A DNA stretch of 64,000 nucleotides from Opitutaceae bacterium (lineage in GTDB: Bacteria > Verrucomicrobiota > Verrucomicrobiia > Opitutales > Coraliomargaritaceae), in NCBI GenBank assembly GCA_051252375.1, contig JBPOFY010000002.1, positions 192,001-256,000 on the forward strand, given 5' to 3'. Position numbers and translations under genes: made by a program. The notes beneath the pieces are model-generated. The model was not told the DNA's origin. It searched no databases and saw nothing but the letters and a program-made list of their open reading frames with translations. Position 1 is the stretch's first letter, and each line of letters opens with the position of its first letter. This document shows, one piece after another, positions 18,401 through 29,105 of the stretch.

Positions 18401-19252
18401 CTAAGCACGCATCCGAACCGAACTGGGCGAACAGCCCATCGTCTTCCGGAAGACGCGGGAAAAATGCAAGGGGTCTTCATAGCCCAATTCCTGACCAACA
18501 GCGCCGACTTGAAGTTGCCCATCGCGCAACAGTAGCCAAGCGGCACTCATCTTGCGGTGCAGTAAGAACTGATATGGCGAATCACCGTGATACTTTTTGA
18601 AGATCCGGCACAGATACTCACCACTATAGCCAGAACGTTTCGCCAAATCCTTCAGCGAATGCAGGGTTCGATACTCTCGCTGCAAAATATCCATCGTTAA
18701 ATCATATACTTTACGCGATCCGGAACGATCCCCCTTCGCGGTGCCTTTGTGTCGATTGATCTGAGCCAGTAAGACCGCTTCCAAGCCATCCACGATCTGC
18801 GGCGTCTGCGAATCACTACTTTCACCCTCATCCAGCATTTGATCAAAAATTGATACAATCGGCGCCGCGTTGCCGAGTTGAAGGATCCGTCCCGGGCGCA
18901 AACCGATACGCTCCCAAGCCACCGGAAAATCAGCACCCCCAACCGCCATAAAATACTTACGAAAGGGCCGTTCACTCTCATTGCTAAAGCACTGCGCAAC
19001 GTCTGGACCATACGTAAATACCGCGCCATGACGCAGTCGCCGCTGTTGGCTCTCCTCCTGATACACACCGTGCCCGCCGGCAATAAATTCCAAGGTCCAA
19101 AAAGGAAAGCTAATCCGGTCAATTAAATAGTCAGCGGCACATTCTTCATAACCCATCATAAAGATACGCTCAGGCGCCTCTTGCCCTCTTGAGAAGTTTG
19201 CATAACGCCCTTTTGCGATCTGAGGGGAAAGCTCTAGTGGGAAATCCTGCAT
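18401..19252 (-). CDS. AraC family transcriptional regulator, divergent from fucI
   Basis: YLCRIFKK, LGYEDPLHFSRVFRKTMGCSPS double HTH. Confidence 0.92.
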   Translation of the reverse strand: MQDFPLELSPQIAKGRYANFSRGQEAPERIFMMGYEECAADYLIDRISFPFWTLEFIAGGHGVYQEESQQRRLRHGAVFTYGPDVAQCFSNESERPFRKYFMAVGGADFPVAWERIGLRPGRILQLGNAAPIVSIFDQMLDEGESSDSQTPQIVDGLEAVLLAQINRHKGTAKGDRSGSRKVYDLTMDILQREYRTLHSLKDLAKRSGYSGEYLCRIFKKYHGDSPYQFLLHRKMSAAWLLLRDGQLQVGAVGQELGYEDPLHFSRVFRKTMGCSPSSVRMRA

Positions 19253-19374
19253 TTTAATCTATCTATTTTTTGTTCAATAATATCCATATATGATCAGTTA
19301 TTTCTCTAGTGGACAAGTCTACTTTCAGCTAGAATACTCGCTTTCATTTTCAATCCATAAACAAAGACAAAATC

Positions 19375-21159
19375 ATGAATAACTATCCCTTCAAATTCCC
19401 CAAGATCGGCATTCGTCCAACAATCGATGGTCGCCTTGGTGGCGTGCGTGAGTCGCTTGACGACATCACAATGAACATGGCAAAGCGCGTCGCTGCTCTC
19501 TACACGAAAGAGCTTCGCAATCCAGACGGCAGCCCGGTCGAATGCGTCATCGCAGACACCAACATCGGCGGCGTGCGTGAAGCAGCTGCTTGCGAAGAAA
19601 AGTTTAAGCGCGAAGGCGTTGGTCTCAGCCTGACAGTCACCCCTTGCTGGTGCTACGGTTCTGAGACAATGGACATGGATCCGCATCGCCCGAAAGCGAT
19701 CTGGGGCTTCAATGGCACTGAGCGCCCTGGCGCTGTGTATTTGGCAGCAGCACTTGCTGGCCACACTCAAAAAGGCATCCCAGCCTTTGGCATTTATGGT
19801 AAGGACGTGCAAGAAGCTGGTGACGAAACCATGCCAGAAGACGTCGTTGAAAAACTCCTCAACTTCGCACGTGCAGGCCTCGCAGTCGGCTTCATGAAGG
19901 GCAAAGCATACCTCTCCATGGGTGGCACGTCCATGGGCATCGCAGGTTCGGTCGTCGACTCCTCATTCTGGGAGCGCACACTCGGCATGCGTGTTGAAGC
20001 AATCGACATGACTGAGTTCGTCGGCCGCATGAACAAGGGCATCTACGATCAAGCTGAATTTGATAAAGCCCTCAAATGGGTCAAAGAAAACTGCCCGGAA
20101 GGTAAAGACTACAACAGCGAAGACACACAACGCAGCCGCGAGCAACTCGACTCCGAGTGGACTGATTCGGTCAAGATGGCACTCATCGCCCGCGACTTGA
20201 TGGTCGGCAACGACGAACTCGCGAAAGCTGGCTACGGCGAACAAGCCCAAGGTCACTACGCAATCGCTGCTGGCTTCCAAGGCCAACGCCAATGGACCGA
20301 CCACTTCCCGAACGGTGACTTCATGGAAGCCATCCTCAACACATCCTTCGATTGGAACGGCAAACGCCCACCTTACATCGTCGCGACAGAGAACGACGCG
20401 CTCAACGGCGCAGGCATGTTGTTTGGTCAACTCCTGACAAACAGCGCACAAATCTTCGCTGACCTTCGCACTTACTGGAGTCCTGACGCAGTGGCTCGTG
20501 TTGCTGACGGTTACAAACTCGAAGGCGCTGGCGCAGACGGTCTCCTCCACTTGATCAACTCCGGCCCTGCTGCACTTGATGGCACAGGCGACCAGACTGA
20601 TGCCGAAGGCAACCCAACGATGAAGCCCTTCTGGGAAATCACCGACGAGGAAGCTGACGCAAGTCTCAAGAACACCACTTGGCACCCATCCATCACGGAA
20701 TACTTCCCAGGTGGCGGCATGAGCACACGCTTTAAGACAAAGGGTGGCATGAAGGCTACAATGATTCGCCTCAACCTCGCTGCGGGTCTCGGTCCTTGCC
20801 TACAGATCGCTGAAGGTTGGACCGTCGAACTTCCAGAGAAGGTGCACGACGCACTCGACGAGCGCACCAACCCAAGCTGGCCGACCACATGGTTCGCTCC
20901 TCGCCTGACTGGCGAAGGCGCATTCCGCTCGACTTATGAAGTCATGAACAACTGGGGCGCCAACCACTGCGTGATGACTGCAGGCCACGTCGGTAATCTC
21001 TACATCACATTGGCATCCATGCTGCGCATTCCAGTTTACATGCACAATGTGGAAGAAGAGCGCGTCTTCCGTCCGAGCTCATGGCGCGCCTTTGGCACTG
21101 CCGACCTCGAAGGTGCTGACTTCCGTGCCTGCGAGTCATACGGCCCGCTTTACACCTAA
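19375..21159 (+). CDS. fucI: L-fucose isomerase
   Basis: [44 protein letters not shown]; 594 aa. Confidence 0.97.
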   Translation: MNNYPFKFPKIGIRPTIDGRLGGVRESLDDITMNMAKRVAALYTKELRNPDGSPVECVIADTNIGGVREAAACEEKFKREGVGLSLTVTPCWCYGSETMDMDPHRPKAIWGFNGTERPGAVYLAAALAGHTQKGIPAFGIYGKDVQEAGDETMPEDVVEKLLNFARAGLAVGFMKGKAYLSMGGTSMGIAGSVVDSSFWERTLGMRVEAIDMTEFVGRMNKGIYDQAEFDKALKWVKENCPEGKDYNSEDTQRSREQLDSEWTDSVKMALIARDLMVGNDELAKAGYGEQAQGHYAIAAGFQGQRQWTDHFPNGDFMEAILNTSFDWNGKRPPYIVATENDALNGAGMLFGQLLTNSAQIFADLRTYWSPDAVARVADGYKLEGAGADGLLHLINSGPAALDGTGDQTDAEGNPTMKPFWEITDEEADASLKNTTWHPSITEYFPGGGMSTRFKTKGGMKATMIRLNLAAGLGPCLQIAEGWTVELPEKVHDALDERTNPSWPTTWFAPRLTGEGAFRSTYEVMNNWGANHCVMTAGHVGNLYITLASMLRIPVYMHNVEEERVFRPSSWRAFGTADLEGADFRACESYGPLYT

Positions 21160-21175
21160 GCGCCTTCACAGATGC

Positions 21176-21284
21176 GAACATCGAACGCTCAACGTCCAAC
21201 GCTCAACTTTGAATAGAATGAAGCTTCCCGTATTGAGGTCGCGTAATTCAACATTCGATGTTGAACGTTCGACGTTCGATGTTC
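21176..21284. repeat. Palindromic element built from 7-bp repeats
   Basis: GAACATC GAACGCT CAACGTC CAACGCT CAACTTTGAAT ... ATTCAACATTCGATGTTGAACGTTCGACGTTCGATGTTC. Confidence 0.7.
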
Positions 21285-21297
21285 ACTAGCACTTTCG

Positions 21298-21334
21298 AAA
21301 CTCCCGTGCTGCTCGGCGGCACGGGAGTTTTTTT
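21298..21334 (+). terminator. Rho-independent terminator between fucI and fucU
   Basis: AAACTCCCGTGC...GCACGGGAGTTTTTTT. Confidence 0.8.
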
Positions 21335-21364
21335 CTAAAAAAATAACCTCAAAACCACACAATT

Positions 21365-21796
21365 ATGCTCAAAGGTATCTCCCCTCTCATTTCCCCTGAA
21401 CTTCTCTCCACACTCGCCCGTATGGGGCATGGTGACGAAATCATTTTGGCCGACGCGCACTTCCCGGCTGAATCCTTCAATGCCAACGTCATCCGCGCCG
21501 ATGGACTACGCATTCCCGATCTACTCGATGCGATTCTCCCACTCATGGAACTCGACGCCTACGTGCCCACACCACTCTTTATGATGGCCGCCGTCGAAGG
21601 CGACACCCTCGACCCACAAGTCGAGACCGACTACCGCGCCGCCATCGAGAAACACGTGCCAAAAGCACCCGCAACCGAACGCATCGACCGCTTCGCTTTC
21701 TACGACCGCGCCGAAGACGCCTTCGCCGTCGTCATGACCGGTGAACTCGCCAAATACGGCAACATCATCCTGAAAAAAGGCGTCACCCCCTGCTAA
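21365..21796 (+). CDS. fucU: L-fucose mutarotase
   Basis: [47 protein letters not shown]. Confidence 0.96.
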   Translation: MLKGISPLISPELLSTLARMGHGDEIILADAHFPAESFNANVIRADGLRIPDLLDAILPLMELDAYVPTPLFMMAAVEGDTLDPQVETDYRAAIEKHVPKAPATERIDRFAFYDRAEDAFAVVMTGELAKYGNIILKKGVTPC

Positions 21797-21828
21797 GTTA
21801 GCAACTACACAGGCAGGCACTTGCCGAG

Positions 21829-21885
21829 CATCTCAAGTCGAAACTGGACAGCGCCTAACGGCGCGCCAGTATTCTACGACAGATG
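21829..21885 (+). mobile_element. Decayed attC-like site
   Basis: CATCT-CAAGTCGAAACTGGACAGCGCC-TAAC-GGCGCGCCAGTATTCTAC-GACAGATG; inner arms resemble attC3/attC8. Confidence 0.6.
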
Positions 21886-22020
21886 TTCTTCGTCCTAGGC
21901 GCATTATCGATCGCCTGGGGCTGTTTCGTATTCGATCATCGAGGGTCTCTCCTCGAAGACTACCATTTTGTGTCGATCTTTTCATTGCGACTGGGATCTA
22001 CTACAATCGACAGAATAAAA

Positions 22021-22057
22021 TTGACAAAAAGCACAACATGGACAGTATGCTGTCCAT
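22021..22057 (+). promoter_or_regulatory. TA promoter and YefM-type operator
   Basis: TTGACA at 22021; palindrome ATGGACAG-TATG-CTGTCCAT (22038-22057) abutting the ATG. Confidence 0.7.
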
Positions 22058-22315
22058 ATGAATGCAATTACTTACACTGCCGCTAGAGAGAATCTTGCAT
22101 CCACAATGGATCGCGTGTGCTTCGACAGAGATCCGGTTATTATCACCCGAAAACGGAACCAATCGGTGGTTATGATCTCACTGGAGGACTATGAATCACT
22201 CGAAGAAACTGCCTACCTACTTCGTAGCCCGGCAAATGCGAAGCGCCTCGTAGCTTCGATTGAAGCAGCGGAAAAAGGCCAAACAATTGAAAAACATATC
22301 AACTTGAGCGAATGA
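22058..22315 (+). CDS. yefM: YefM/Phd antitoxin
   Basis: YTAARENLAS, PVIITR, SLEDYESLEETAYLLRSPANAKRL. Confidence 0.95.
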   Translation: MNAITYTAARENLASTMDRVCFDRDPVIITRKRNQSVVMISLEDYESLEETAYLLRSPANAKRLVASIEAAEKGQTIEKHINLSE

Positions 22316-22569
22316 ACGTAACATTTACTCCACAGGCTTGGGAGGATTATCAATACTGGCAGAAGACCGACAAGAAGACCCTAAAAAGAATTCATTTATT
22401 AATTAAGGATATTCAGCGTGCTCCACACGAAGGCATAGGTAAGCCAGAAGCGCTAAAGCATAACCTGAGTGGCTACTGGTCGCGAAGAATTACCGAAGAG
22501 CATCGAATCATATACAAAGAATTTGAACATGGCATCACATTTGTGCAGCTGCGTTACCACTACAAATAG
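22312..22569 (+). CDS. yoeB: YoeB/Txe toxin
   Basis: AWEDYQYWQ, GIGKPEALKHNLSGYWSRRITEEHR, RYHY; ATGA overlap with yefM. Confidence 0.95.
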   Translation: MNVTFTPQAWEDYQYWQKTDKKTLKRIHLLIKDIQRAPHEGIGKPEALKHNLSGYWSRRITEEHRIIYKEFEHGITFVQLRYHYK

Positions 22570-22574
22570 GAAAA

Positions 22575-22629
22575 GTCGATCAAGTCAGAGTGAGTAACGC
22601 CTTTGGCGCGCTCATCTTCTACGATCGAA
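22575..22629 (+). mobile_element. attC site of the TA cassette (GAT-type core)
   Basis: GTCGATC-AAGTCAGAGTGAGTAACGCC-TTT-GGCGCGCTCATCTTCTAC-GATCGAA; 55 bp like attC3; R'' complements ATCGAC at the cassette start (22006-22011). Confidence 0.8.
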
Positions 22630-22783
22630 ATACTACAAAAAATCGAAACAGCAATATGCAGCACTTGAAGATTACGATAGAGACAGAATGTCTACAGACT
22701 ACATCGAGCAGTTTCCCGAAATCCCAGAATCAACTATCATACGCTTTGTCGACTATGCCGTATACCTCTACTACATGCGATAG
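22628..22783 (+). pseudogene. Possible 5'-truncated cassette gene remnant
   Basis: Open frame lacking a 5' start (KYYKKSKQQYAALEDYDRD...IIRFVDYAVYLYYMR*), followed by R''-like GCTCAAC. Confidence 0.35.
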
Positions 22784-22825
22784 CTCAACAGACCGAAACA
22801 ATCGACAGACTCAATTCCTGCCAAG

Positions 22826-24586
22826 CTAAAGCAATTCCACCTCAGTAAAGTAGGCACCGCCGGCTTTGCCGTTGGCGTCGTATAGGTAGGTCCACAACTC
22901 GGCGGGGCCGGCTGGTAGATCCAATTCCACGATCACTTCTTTACCGTCCGCCGGCACAGGCACCTCGATGCTTTGACCGGCGATCTCTACCTTGGCTTTT
23001 TCAGCGACGAGTGGCTTGCCCGCTGCCCCTGGCCATTGACGTAGTGTGAAACGATAGCGTCCTGCTTGTTTCACATCGACCAGCCAAGGGGCGGTGACTC
23101 GGGGCAATTTCTTGATCTCGTTAAAATTCCAGGGTGGATACCCTTTTTGCATATACCAATCTTGTGAGCACAACTCCGTTGGATTATGGTTCGGGTTGCC
23201 CAAATCGATTTTGGCAGGGTTCACTAAACGAGGTGAGACGGACTCCCAATATGGTTGATAGAGCGCTTTCAATTTAGCGACGACACCGGGGAATTTTGCG
23301 GAGACGTCTTTCTGCTGTGACGGATCCGCTTTTATATCAAAGAGCCCTTTGATACTAGTATTCACCAAACGCCAGCGCTCCGTGAGCACCGCAGTATCAG
23401 CAAAAGGCTGATCGAGTGGGCTTCGACCATTAGGTCCACCGTGAAACTGCACAACTAAATGTTCACGCGTCCATCGCGCTTTAGAATTTTTCAACAACGG
23501 CTTCAGTGAGACACCGTCCGGATCATAACCAAGCGGCACTTCTATCCCGCAAAGGTCAGCCAAAGTGGGCAACACATCTATATGGGCAGCAAGTGTATCA
23601 ATATCCTTACCGCCCATGAGTTTACCATCGGGCCAATAAATGAAAAACGGCACTCGGTGGCCCCCTTCCATGACGGAAGACTTCTTGCCGCTCATACCCG
23701 CGTTGTAGCCCTTGATCGGGAGGGAATCCAGCCCCTTAAACTTCGCACCGGCAGAAGTGCCATTATCGGTCATGAAAATCAAAATAGTATTCTCTGCTAG
23801 GCCCAGCTCTTCGATTCGCTTGCGCAAGATGCCCACATTGTAATCGATGTTGGCGATCATGCCGTAGAAATTCGGATTCACGACGTCCTTCTTGCGGTAA
23901 GGCTTCGCCCACTCTGGCGGCACACGATACGGGCCATGCGGCGCGTTGAGAGACAGGTAGAGGAAAAATGGCTTCTCTTGGTTCTCCTCAATGAAGCGCA
24001 CACCCTCTTCGAAAAAGACATCCGTGCAGTATCCTTTAAATTGCTCGAACTGACCGACAGAACTGCCGGGCTTCACGCGCTCATAGACATCGTCAAAGTA
24101 ATCATTGCCCCAATAGTCTGAGGCCTGACCGATTCCGCCACAACGGTGCCAGACGACATCCTGAAAGCCACGGTCTTGCGGACGGTGCGGGGCATTGTCG
24201 CCCAAATGCCACTTCCCCACCATGCCGGTCATATATCCATTCTCGGCAAAGAGATTCGCGATCGTCTTCTCATCAGTCTGCATGGATGATCGGCCACCGG
24301 TTGTTCGAAATGCGCCAGTGCGCCCAGGATAGTTACCAGTCATCAAGGCAGCCCGTGTTGGCGTGCAAAAAGAACTCACATGAAAGTCAGTGAAGCGAAG
24401 CGATTCGGAATACAGCTGATCCAGCTCCGGCGTCTTTAAGATCGGATTCCCATGGCAACCCAGATCGCCGTAACCTTGGTCATCTGTCATCACAAGTATC
24501 ACATTCGGCTTACCCGAGGCAAACAGCACACCGGATGACAACACCATGATGGCAACCAATGAACGTGTAATAGTAGAAAGAGACAT
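22826..24586 (-). CDS. Secreted formylglycine-dependent sulfatase (S1)
   Basis: Signal peptide, TDDQGYGD, CTPTRAALMTG, GKWHLG. Confidence 0.92.
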   Translation of the reverse strand: MSLSTITRSLVAIMVLSSGVLFASGKPNVILVMTDDQGYGDLGCHGNPILKTPELDQLYSESLRFTDFHVSSFCTPTRAALMTGNYPGRTGAFRTTGGRSSMQTDEKTIANLFAENGYMTGMVGKWHLGDNAPHRPQDRGFQDVVWHRCGGIGQASDYWGNDYFDDVYERVKPGSSVGQFEQFKGYCTDVFFEEGVRFIEENQEKPFFLYLSLNAPHGPYRVPPEWAKPYRKKDVVNPNFYGMIANIDYNVGILRKRIEELGLAENTILIFMTDNGTSAGAKFKGLDSLPIKGYNAGMSGKKSSVMEGGHRVPFFIYWPDGKLMGGKDIDTLAAHIDVLPTLADLCGIEVPLGYDPDGVSLKPLLKNSKARWTREHLVVQFHGGPNGRSPLDQPFADTAVLTERWRLVNTSIKGLFDIKADPSQQKDVSAKFPGVVAKLKALYQPYWESVSPRLVNPAKIDLGNPNHNPTELCSQDWYMQKGYPPWNFNEIKKLPRVTAPWLVDVKQAGRYRFTLRQWPGAAGKPLVAEKAKVEIAGQSIEVPVPADGKEVIVELDLPAGPAELWTYLYDANGKAGGAYFTEVELL

Positions 24587-24708
24587 AAGATGGTAGGAGA
24601 AACAAAAAACGTTTTATAAAGAATACCCAGAGTTATACGGACCGTATTATTTGTTAAACTATACGCGAAAACTCAGCTTCGACCATCGCGTTTCTACATG
24701 ACGACGCG

Positions 24709-25986
24709 CTACTTTATTTTGATCTTAATGCCCCGCCGCATAAAGGTCGGCACATCCAAATCTTCACCGTTATACTCGTTGCGATCCGTTTTTTCAAAAT
24801 AACCACGCTGGGCATCATTATCAATAAAAGTGAACTCGTCTTGATTCGCTTCGATCTCCGCCGCCTTCTTTTTACTTAGCTTGGAGCTATGCACTGGTCG
24901 TGGGGCCTTGTTTTCCTGCGCGATTTCTGTCTCTAAGCCCAACCCTCCTTCGACGGTGGATTGCTGGGTCGCTTTGACGGACTGTTGAGGTGCTTTCACT
25001 GGCTTACCCTCCATGTCTGCTTTACCAAGAATGCAGATTTCTAGGCTCTCATGCCGACCTTCATCAATCACTGCACCGAAGACAATGTCTTCACGCGAGC
25101 CGAAGCGCTTTGAAACCAGTGACATGATTTCATTGACCTTAGAAATGCCCAAATCTGCCCCGCCGATGACGTTGACGATGATCCGATCTAGTTGAGCCGG
25201 ACGATCGCCCATGTGCAACAAGGGGCAAAGAAATAAGTCCTCCAAGGCATTCTTCACATAGTCCGGTCCGCTCGCCATGCCGGTGCCGAAAATGGTTTTG
25301 CCACCGCGATCATGAAACACAGAGCGCAAAGATCCAAAGTCTTGATTGATCAGACCGGTTTTCAAAAGCATGGAGCACAAGGAATTCACGCCGCGGCCGA
25401 TCCAGCGGTCCGCTACGGCAAAGGCATTGAGCACGCTCGTGTCTTCTTCGCCTTCTTGTAGCAGCACATCGTTGGGCAATGGAATCAAGCCATGCACCAC
25501 CTGACGCAGCTCCCCGATGCTTTCTTCGGCAATACGCTTACGGCGCGCGCCTTCAAAACTGAATGGCAAGGTAGCAAAAGCCAAAACCAACGCTTCGGTC
25601 TTGGCAGCCACTTCAGCCACAACAGAAACCGCGGCGCTGCCTGTGCCACCACCGAGGCCAACAATCAAAATAATAAGATCCGTATCCGCGATGAGCCGAG
25701 CGATACTATCACGATCCGATTCAGCCGCCGCCTTACCGATCTCAATCTCACCACCCGCACCGAGACCACGAGTCACGGAACGTCCGATCAAAAGTTTTTC
25801 TGCAATTGGCGAGTTCCCTAAAGCCTGTGCATCGGTGTTGATCGCAGCCAGTCGCACGTCGCCAAGGTCATCGAGCTTGAGACCATCGACGGCATTAGTG
25901 CCAGCCCCGCCTACTCCGATGATCTTTATTTTAAGATCATTGGAAGCGGTCTCCTGACTAAATAGGTTTTGAGTATCCAAGCTCAT
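24709..25986 (-). CDS. ftsZ: Cell division protein FtsZ
   Basis: IGVGGAG, INTD, GLGAGG, GGGTG, C-terminal DLDVPTFMR. Confidence 0.95.
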   Translation of the reverse strand: MSLDTQNLFSQETASNDLKIKIIGVGGAGTNAVDGLKLDDLGDVRLAAINTDAQALGNSPIAEKLLIGRSVTRGLGAGGEIEIGKAAAESDRDSIARLIADTDLIILIVGLGGGTGSAAVSVVAEVAAKTEALVLAFATLPFSFEGARRKRIAEESIGELRQVVHGLIPLPNDVLLQEGEEDTSVLNAFAVADRWIGRGVNSLCSMLLKTGLINQDFGSLRSVFHDRGGKTIFGTGMASGPDYVKNALEDLFLCPLLHMGDRPAQLDRIIVNVIGGADLGISKVNEIMSLVSKRFGSREDIVFGAVIDEGRHESLEICILGKADMEGKPVKAPQQSVKATQQSTVEGGLGLETEIAQENKAPRPVHSSKLSKKKAAEIEANQDEFTFIDNDAQRGYFEKTDRNEYNGEDLDVPTFMRRGIKIKIK

Positions 25987-25989
25987 GAC

Positions 25990-27204
25990 TTAATCGAGGT
26001 TCAAGAGGCTACCAATACGGCGAAAGAGCCCGGAAGGCTTAGCCGTTTTTGCGGATTCTTCTTGTCCGGTTAAAGCGTAATGTAAAAGACCGAGCACGGT
26101 GCTATACTCCGGTTGGCGAAGTTCCTCGGCAACATCCGTAGAACCTTCCGAAACGCGGGCCTCAAGCCCAAGACTACGCTTCGCGGCTTCATCGATGCCG
26201 TTCAGACGAGCTCCGCCGCCGGTTAAAACAATACCTGAGGCAATTTCGCTAGGCTCCAAGAGCTCCGCTTCTTCAAGTTGTAATTTGATGATATCAAAAA
26301 CTTCGGAAACGCGGGCTTCGATAATCTTTGTGATCGCCGCCATAGGATACTCGCGGTCACCAATCGTCAAATCGCCGATCATCCACACTTTTTCTTCGCG
26401 GTCCTCGCTCGTATAGTAAGCACGTCCGTTCTTGACCTTGAAATCTTCTGCGCTCTTCCGACCGATCCGCAAACCGATACTCAGATCATTGGTAATGTGG
26501 TCTCCGCCCACAGGGACGACTCCGGTTTTCACAATGTAGCCCTTTCGATAGAGCACATAGTCCGTGGTGCCTCCACCCATATCGATGACCAGTGCGCCGT
26601 TCTCCTTCTCCGATTCCTGTAACAGCACAGCACCGGATGCGATACTGGAAATAATCATGTCGCTCACATCCAAGTCGATTCCGCGGATCACACGTAGACT
26701 ATCGCTGACGATATCGCTATCCCCATGAACAGACCAATAACCGACTTGTAGGCGACGCCCTTCCTTGGAAAGCGGATTCTCCACCTGGCGATCGTCCACG
26801 GAAAATGGATTTTGAATATGGTGAATATAGGTGCGTGACTGTGGCAACTTGCGACGTTTCGCGTCGGCTTTGGCCGATTCGATATCAATCGAGCGTATAA
26901 TACCATCCGGCGAGCTGACATTCGTCGTGCCGACATTAAAATTACCAATCAAATGACTGCCTGTCTGGGCAAGATAAACTTCGTCGATGCGTGTTTGAGC
27001 GTTTTTCTCAGCTGCCAGAATCGCAGCATGCACACAATCACTGGCCACATTGAGGTCGGTGATGACGCCCTTCTTGATCCCCTTCGAAGAACAAGCACTG
27101 TGCCCAATGATATTCAGCCCCGATTCGCCGACGATTTCGCCCAAGAGAACCGCCACCTTGGACGTTCCAATCTCAACTGCGCCGACGACTCTCGAATAGC
27201 TCAT
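25990..27204 (-). CDS. ftsA: Cell division protein FtsA
   Basis: [30 protein letters not shown]; dcw position. Confidence 0.95.
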   Translation of the reverse strand: MSYSRVVGAVEIGTSKVAVLLGEIVGESGLNIIGHSACSSKGIKKGVITDLNVASDCVHAAILAAEKNAQTRIDEVYLAQTGSHLIGNFNVGTTNVSSPDGIIRSIDIESAKADAKRRKLPQSRTYIHHIQNPFSVDDRQVENPLSKEGRRLQVGYWSVHGDSDIVSDSLRVIRGIDLDVSDMIISSIASGAVLLQESEKENGALVIDMGGGTTDYVLYRKGYIVKTGVVPVGGDHITNDLSIGLRIGRKSAEDFKVKNGRAYYTSEDREEKVWMIGDLTIGDREYPMAAITKIIEARVSEVFDIIKLQLEEAELLEPSEIASGIVLTGGGARLNGIDEAAKRSLGLEARVSEGSTDVAEELRQPEYSTVLGLLHYALTGQEESAKTAKPSGLFRRIGSLLNLD

Positions 27205-27234
27205 GAAGGTTAATTACGAATTAAAAATAGAAAA

Positions 27235-28170
27235 TTAGAAGGTCCCGATTCGACCACTACTAAACTGCACTGCAGCGGAGCCGCGTAAAGAAAGATCGAT
27301 GCGCTCGATGGATGGATTTCCATGATCCTGAACATATTTAAGAATATAGTTCAATCGATCCAACTGTTGTTGAAAATCTGCGGTAGCGCTGAAAATGATT
27401 CGTGGCACCCAAGTGGACCGGATCTCGATGATTTGCCCAGGCAAATCCAAGTCACCGGAGAAATGCTCCAGCGATACCACCTGCCACGTGCTATAGAGTT
27501 GTCGATTGTTCTCACGCGCGTAGTCCAATAGCTGGGCAACATATTCAATCCCACGCATCGGCAAATACTTACCATCCGGGCCGCGATAAGGCTGCACATA
27601 AGGCAAGTGCTGCAACATCGCTTTCGGATACCCCACCCCTTTAAACACAGTGCCGTCACGAGCCACGATCTTGAGCCTAGGCTTACCATCCGGTCCCGCC
27701 GCTGCAAGACGCAGCGCCGGACTGCGCTCTTTAAGCACAATGCGTAGATCGCTCGGAAACACTCGCATCACCGAAGCCGACTTCACCTGACCATGTGACT
27801 CGAGTTGGGTTTTCAAACTATGTATATCGGCCTCCATCATCGACATGCCTGGAGTCAGCTTAATCACTGTGCCCAGCCATGAATCCGGCAGAACCCCATC
27901 GGTATCGAACAAGATACGCTCGATCGGCTTTGAAGGCGTGCCGATTTCGAGCGTTTTTTCTCGATTTTTAAACGCAATACCCGCCCAGACGAGCCCACCA
28001 ATCACAGCCGCTACAAGCGCTAGCGCCAATACGATCTTTAACCATTTTTCCTGCCGACGCTTACGCGCTTGCGGCGAGTTGATCCGACGCTTGCCCGAAC
28101 CCGCCAGCTCGCGCCAGCTTTGCTCACCACTGGCAGCCGTGCTGCCCTTGTCTTTGCCTGATCCAAACAT
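27235..28170 (-). CDS. ftsQ: Cell division protein FtsQ/DivIB
   Basis: Single TM, POTRA-like VKSASVMRVFPSDLRIVLKER, IDLS end; lies between ddl and ftsA. Confidence 0.8.
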   Translation of the reverse strand: MFGSGKDKGSTAASGEQSWRELAGSGKRRINSPQARKRRQEKWLKIVLALALVAAVIGGLVWAGIAFKNREKTLEIGTPSKPIERILFDTDGVLPDSWLGTVIKLTPGMSMMEADIHSLKTQLESHGQVKSASVMRVFPSDLRIVLKERSPALRLAAAGPDGKPRLKIVARDGTVFKGVGYPKAMLQHLPYVQPYRGPDGKYLPMRGIEYVAQLLDYARENNRQLYSTWQVVSLEHFSGDLDLPGQIIEIRSTWVPRIIFSATADFQQQLDRLNYILKYVQDHGNPSIERIDLSLRGSAAVQFSSGRIGTF

Positions 28171-28172
28171 GA

Positions 28173-29105
28173 TTAAATTTCGTTCCCTTTCTGTGCCTCA
28201 AAACGAGCGATCGCGGGGGCGACCAACTCACGAGCCAAATTCTCAAAATCGAAGCCGACACAAGAAGCACTTTTTGGTAATAAACTAGTCGCAGTCAATC
28301 CGGGCAAGGTATTGATCTCTAAAAAATACGATTGGCTGCCATCCAAGAGGAAATCGATGCGTGCAAAATCGCGACACCCACAGGCATCGAACAAGCGCTC
28401 AGCATGATCCTTGATACGTGCCTCAACCGCAGGCGTGAGTTCAGCGGGGAAACGATACTCCGTAGAACCCGGTGTATATTTCGCCTTATAATCATAGACG
28501 CCCGTGGAGCTGACGATTTCCACGACCCCCATGGCCGCACCTTTCAACACCCCGACGGTCAGTTCACGTCCTTGAATGCGCTGCTCAATCAACCAGTTGC
28601 CTTTATGGATATTGGATAAAGTGACGCCGAGTGCCGAGCGATGCTCTGTAAAATGTAGTCCGACACTGCTCCCTTGGTCTGCGGGCTTAATCACTAAAGA
28701 AGTGCCCAATTGGTCGATCACATCATCGGCCAAGGGCGAGGCTTCACCTTGAAAAGTCATCCCCTTTGGTGAAGGAATGCCCAACTGAGTCGCAATCGCC
28801 TTCGCCTGATCTTTCGCCATGCACAGGCGACTCGCTGCCGCGTCGCTTCCACAACAAACAACATTCGCCGCCTCACAGAGCGCTTGCAATTGACCGTCCT
28901 CGCCAAAGGCACCGTGGAGCGCCGGAAAAACGATGGAGCGCTGTCCATCAACCTCCGCAGGCAACTCATCAGCATCCAAACGCAACAGTTGGACTGTGTA
29001 ATTGGCAGACAAAGCTTTCGCAATCGCCTCCCCACTAACCAAAGAGACCTCACGTTCAGAGCCCACCCCACCATAGAGCACGACAATCGATTCAAATTCA
29101 GCCAC
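28173..29105 (-). CDS. ddl: D-alanine--D-alanine ligase
   Basis: GGVGSEREVSLVSG, LHGAFGEDG, GSSVG, YDYKAKY, EINTLPG. Confidence 0.95.
   Translation of the reverse strand: MAEFESIVVLYGGVGSEREVSLVSGEAIAKALSANYTVQLLRLDADELPAEVDGQRSIVFPALHGAFGEDGQLQALCEAANVVCCGSDAAASRLCMAKDQAKAIATQLGIPSPKGMTFQGEASPLADDVIDQLGTSLVIKPADQGSSVGLHFTEHRSALGVTLSNIHKGNWLIEQRIQGRELTVGVLKGAAMGVVEIVSSTGVYDYKAKYTPGSTEYRFPAELTPAVEARIKDHAERLFDACGCRDFARIDFLLDGSQSYFLEINTLPGLTATSLLPKSASCVGFDFENLARELVAPAIARFEAQKGNEI

Noticed and set aside
21972..22011. GTCGATC...AATCGAC as an intact attC
   Set aside because: Only 40 bp with no inner arms; kept only as the TA cassette's left junction.
21883..22086. 67-aa ORF upstream of yefM
   Set aside because: Runs across the cassette junction and TA promoter; at most a decayed cassette fragment.
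22590..22829. 79-aa ORF after yoeB
   Set aside because: Starts inside the attC site and has an unnatural composition; another frame looks more protein-like.
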